Source: Takakia lepidozioides
Taxonomy: Eukaryota > Plantae > Bryophyta
Direction of reading: 5' to 3'
Assembly: GCA_030704615.1 (NCBI GenBank)
Contig: CM060732.1
Location: forward strand, 25,606,001-25,670,000
Length of the DNA: 64,000 nt
A program made the position numbers and the translations under genes. Below the pieces are notes generated by a model. That model saw nothing but the letters and a program-made list of their open reading frames with translations. It ran no database searches and had not been told where the DNA came from. Of this stretch, positions 63,715-64,000 are shown one piece after another (position 1 is the first letter of the stretch; each line of letters opens with the position of its first letter).

Positions 63715-64000
63715 AATGGAGGAATCCTCAAAGCTCCGTAATAGACCTTATGGCCTTTTCTATACTGCAGAGTTAACAAACAAGTATCACGTTAGTCCAA
63801 GTAAAAGTAAGCATACATACAATACGGGCTTGCAAAATAAATTAGAGAAATCTTCTCTATACATGACAAACATCATTATTGTTCTCCACAGCCTCCATCT
63901 GCGCTCTGCTTGGTTGAATTTACATCAATTTGTCCAAAGACATCACCAAAATCATAGGTCAGACCAAGGTCGTCACGCAGTCTTCAACCTAGGGTGACAT

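Overview
This window is nuclear DNA of a land plant, most likely a seed-free lineage. That call rests on PLS-E/DYW PPR editing-factor remnants, a spliced CAD gene, and bryophyte-style Gypsy and LINE elements; the lineage itself is an inference. About 80% is nested, decaying transposons. From left to right: (1) a shuffled PLS-class PPR pseudogene cluster (1-3438 and 20461-22074), split inside its DYW domain by a 17 kb CACTA element (3439-20460); (2) a ~61 bp palindromic tandem repeat; (3) a Gypsy gag remnant with a tRNA-Gly primer binding site (PBS); (4) an F-box/kelch fragment; (5) a Gypsy element with a dUTPase-fold domain, interrupted by a MITE and by a second Gypsy; (6) an intronless LRR gene; (7) a LINE interrupted by a Copia; (8) an intact 6-exon cinnamyl alcohol dehydrogenase gene; (9) an MDR oxidoreductase remnant next to a TTAA-flanked piggyBac-like MITE. 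The main result is that unrelated transposons here each carry their own modifying-enzyme cargo. The CACTA element encodes a SET-domain protein between its transposase exons. The nested Gypsy encodes a full C5 DNA methyltransferase between protease and RT, hidden by a 2.7 kb internal inversion, plus a PHD finger. The host Gypsy carries a dUTPase fold. The LINE appears to carry a PCIF1/CAPAM-like adenine methyltransferase fold. All domain calls come from motif recognition by eye; no searches were run.
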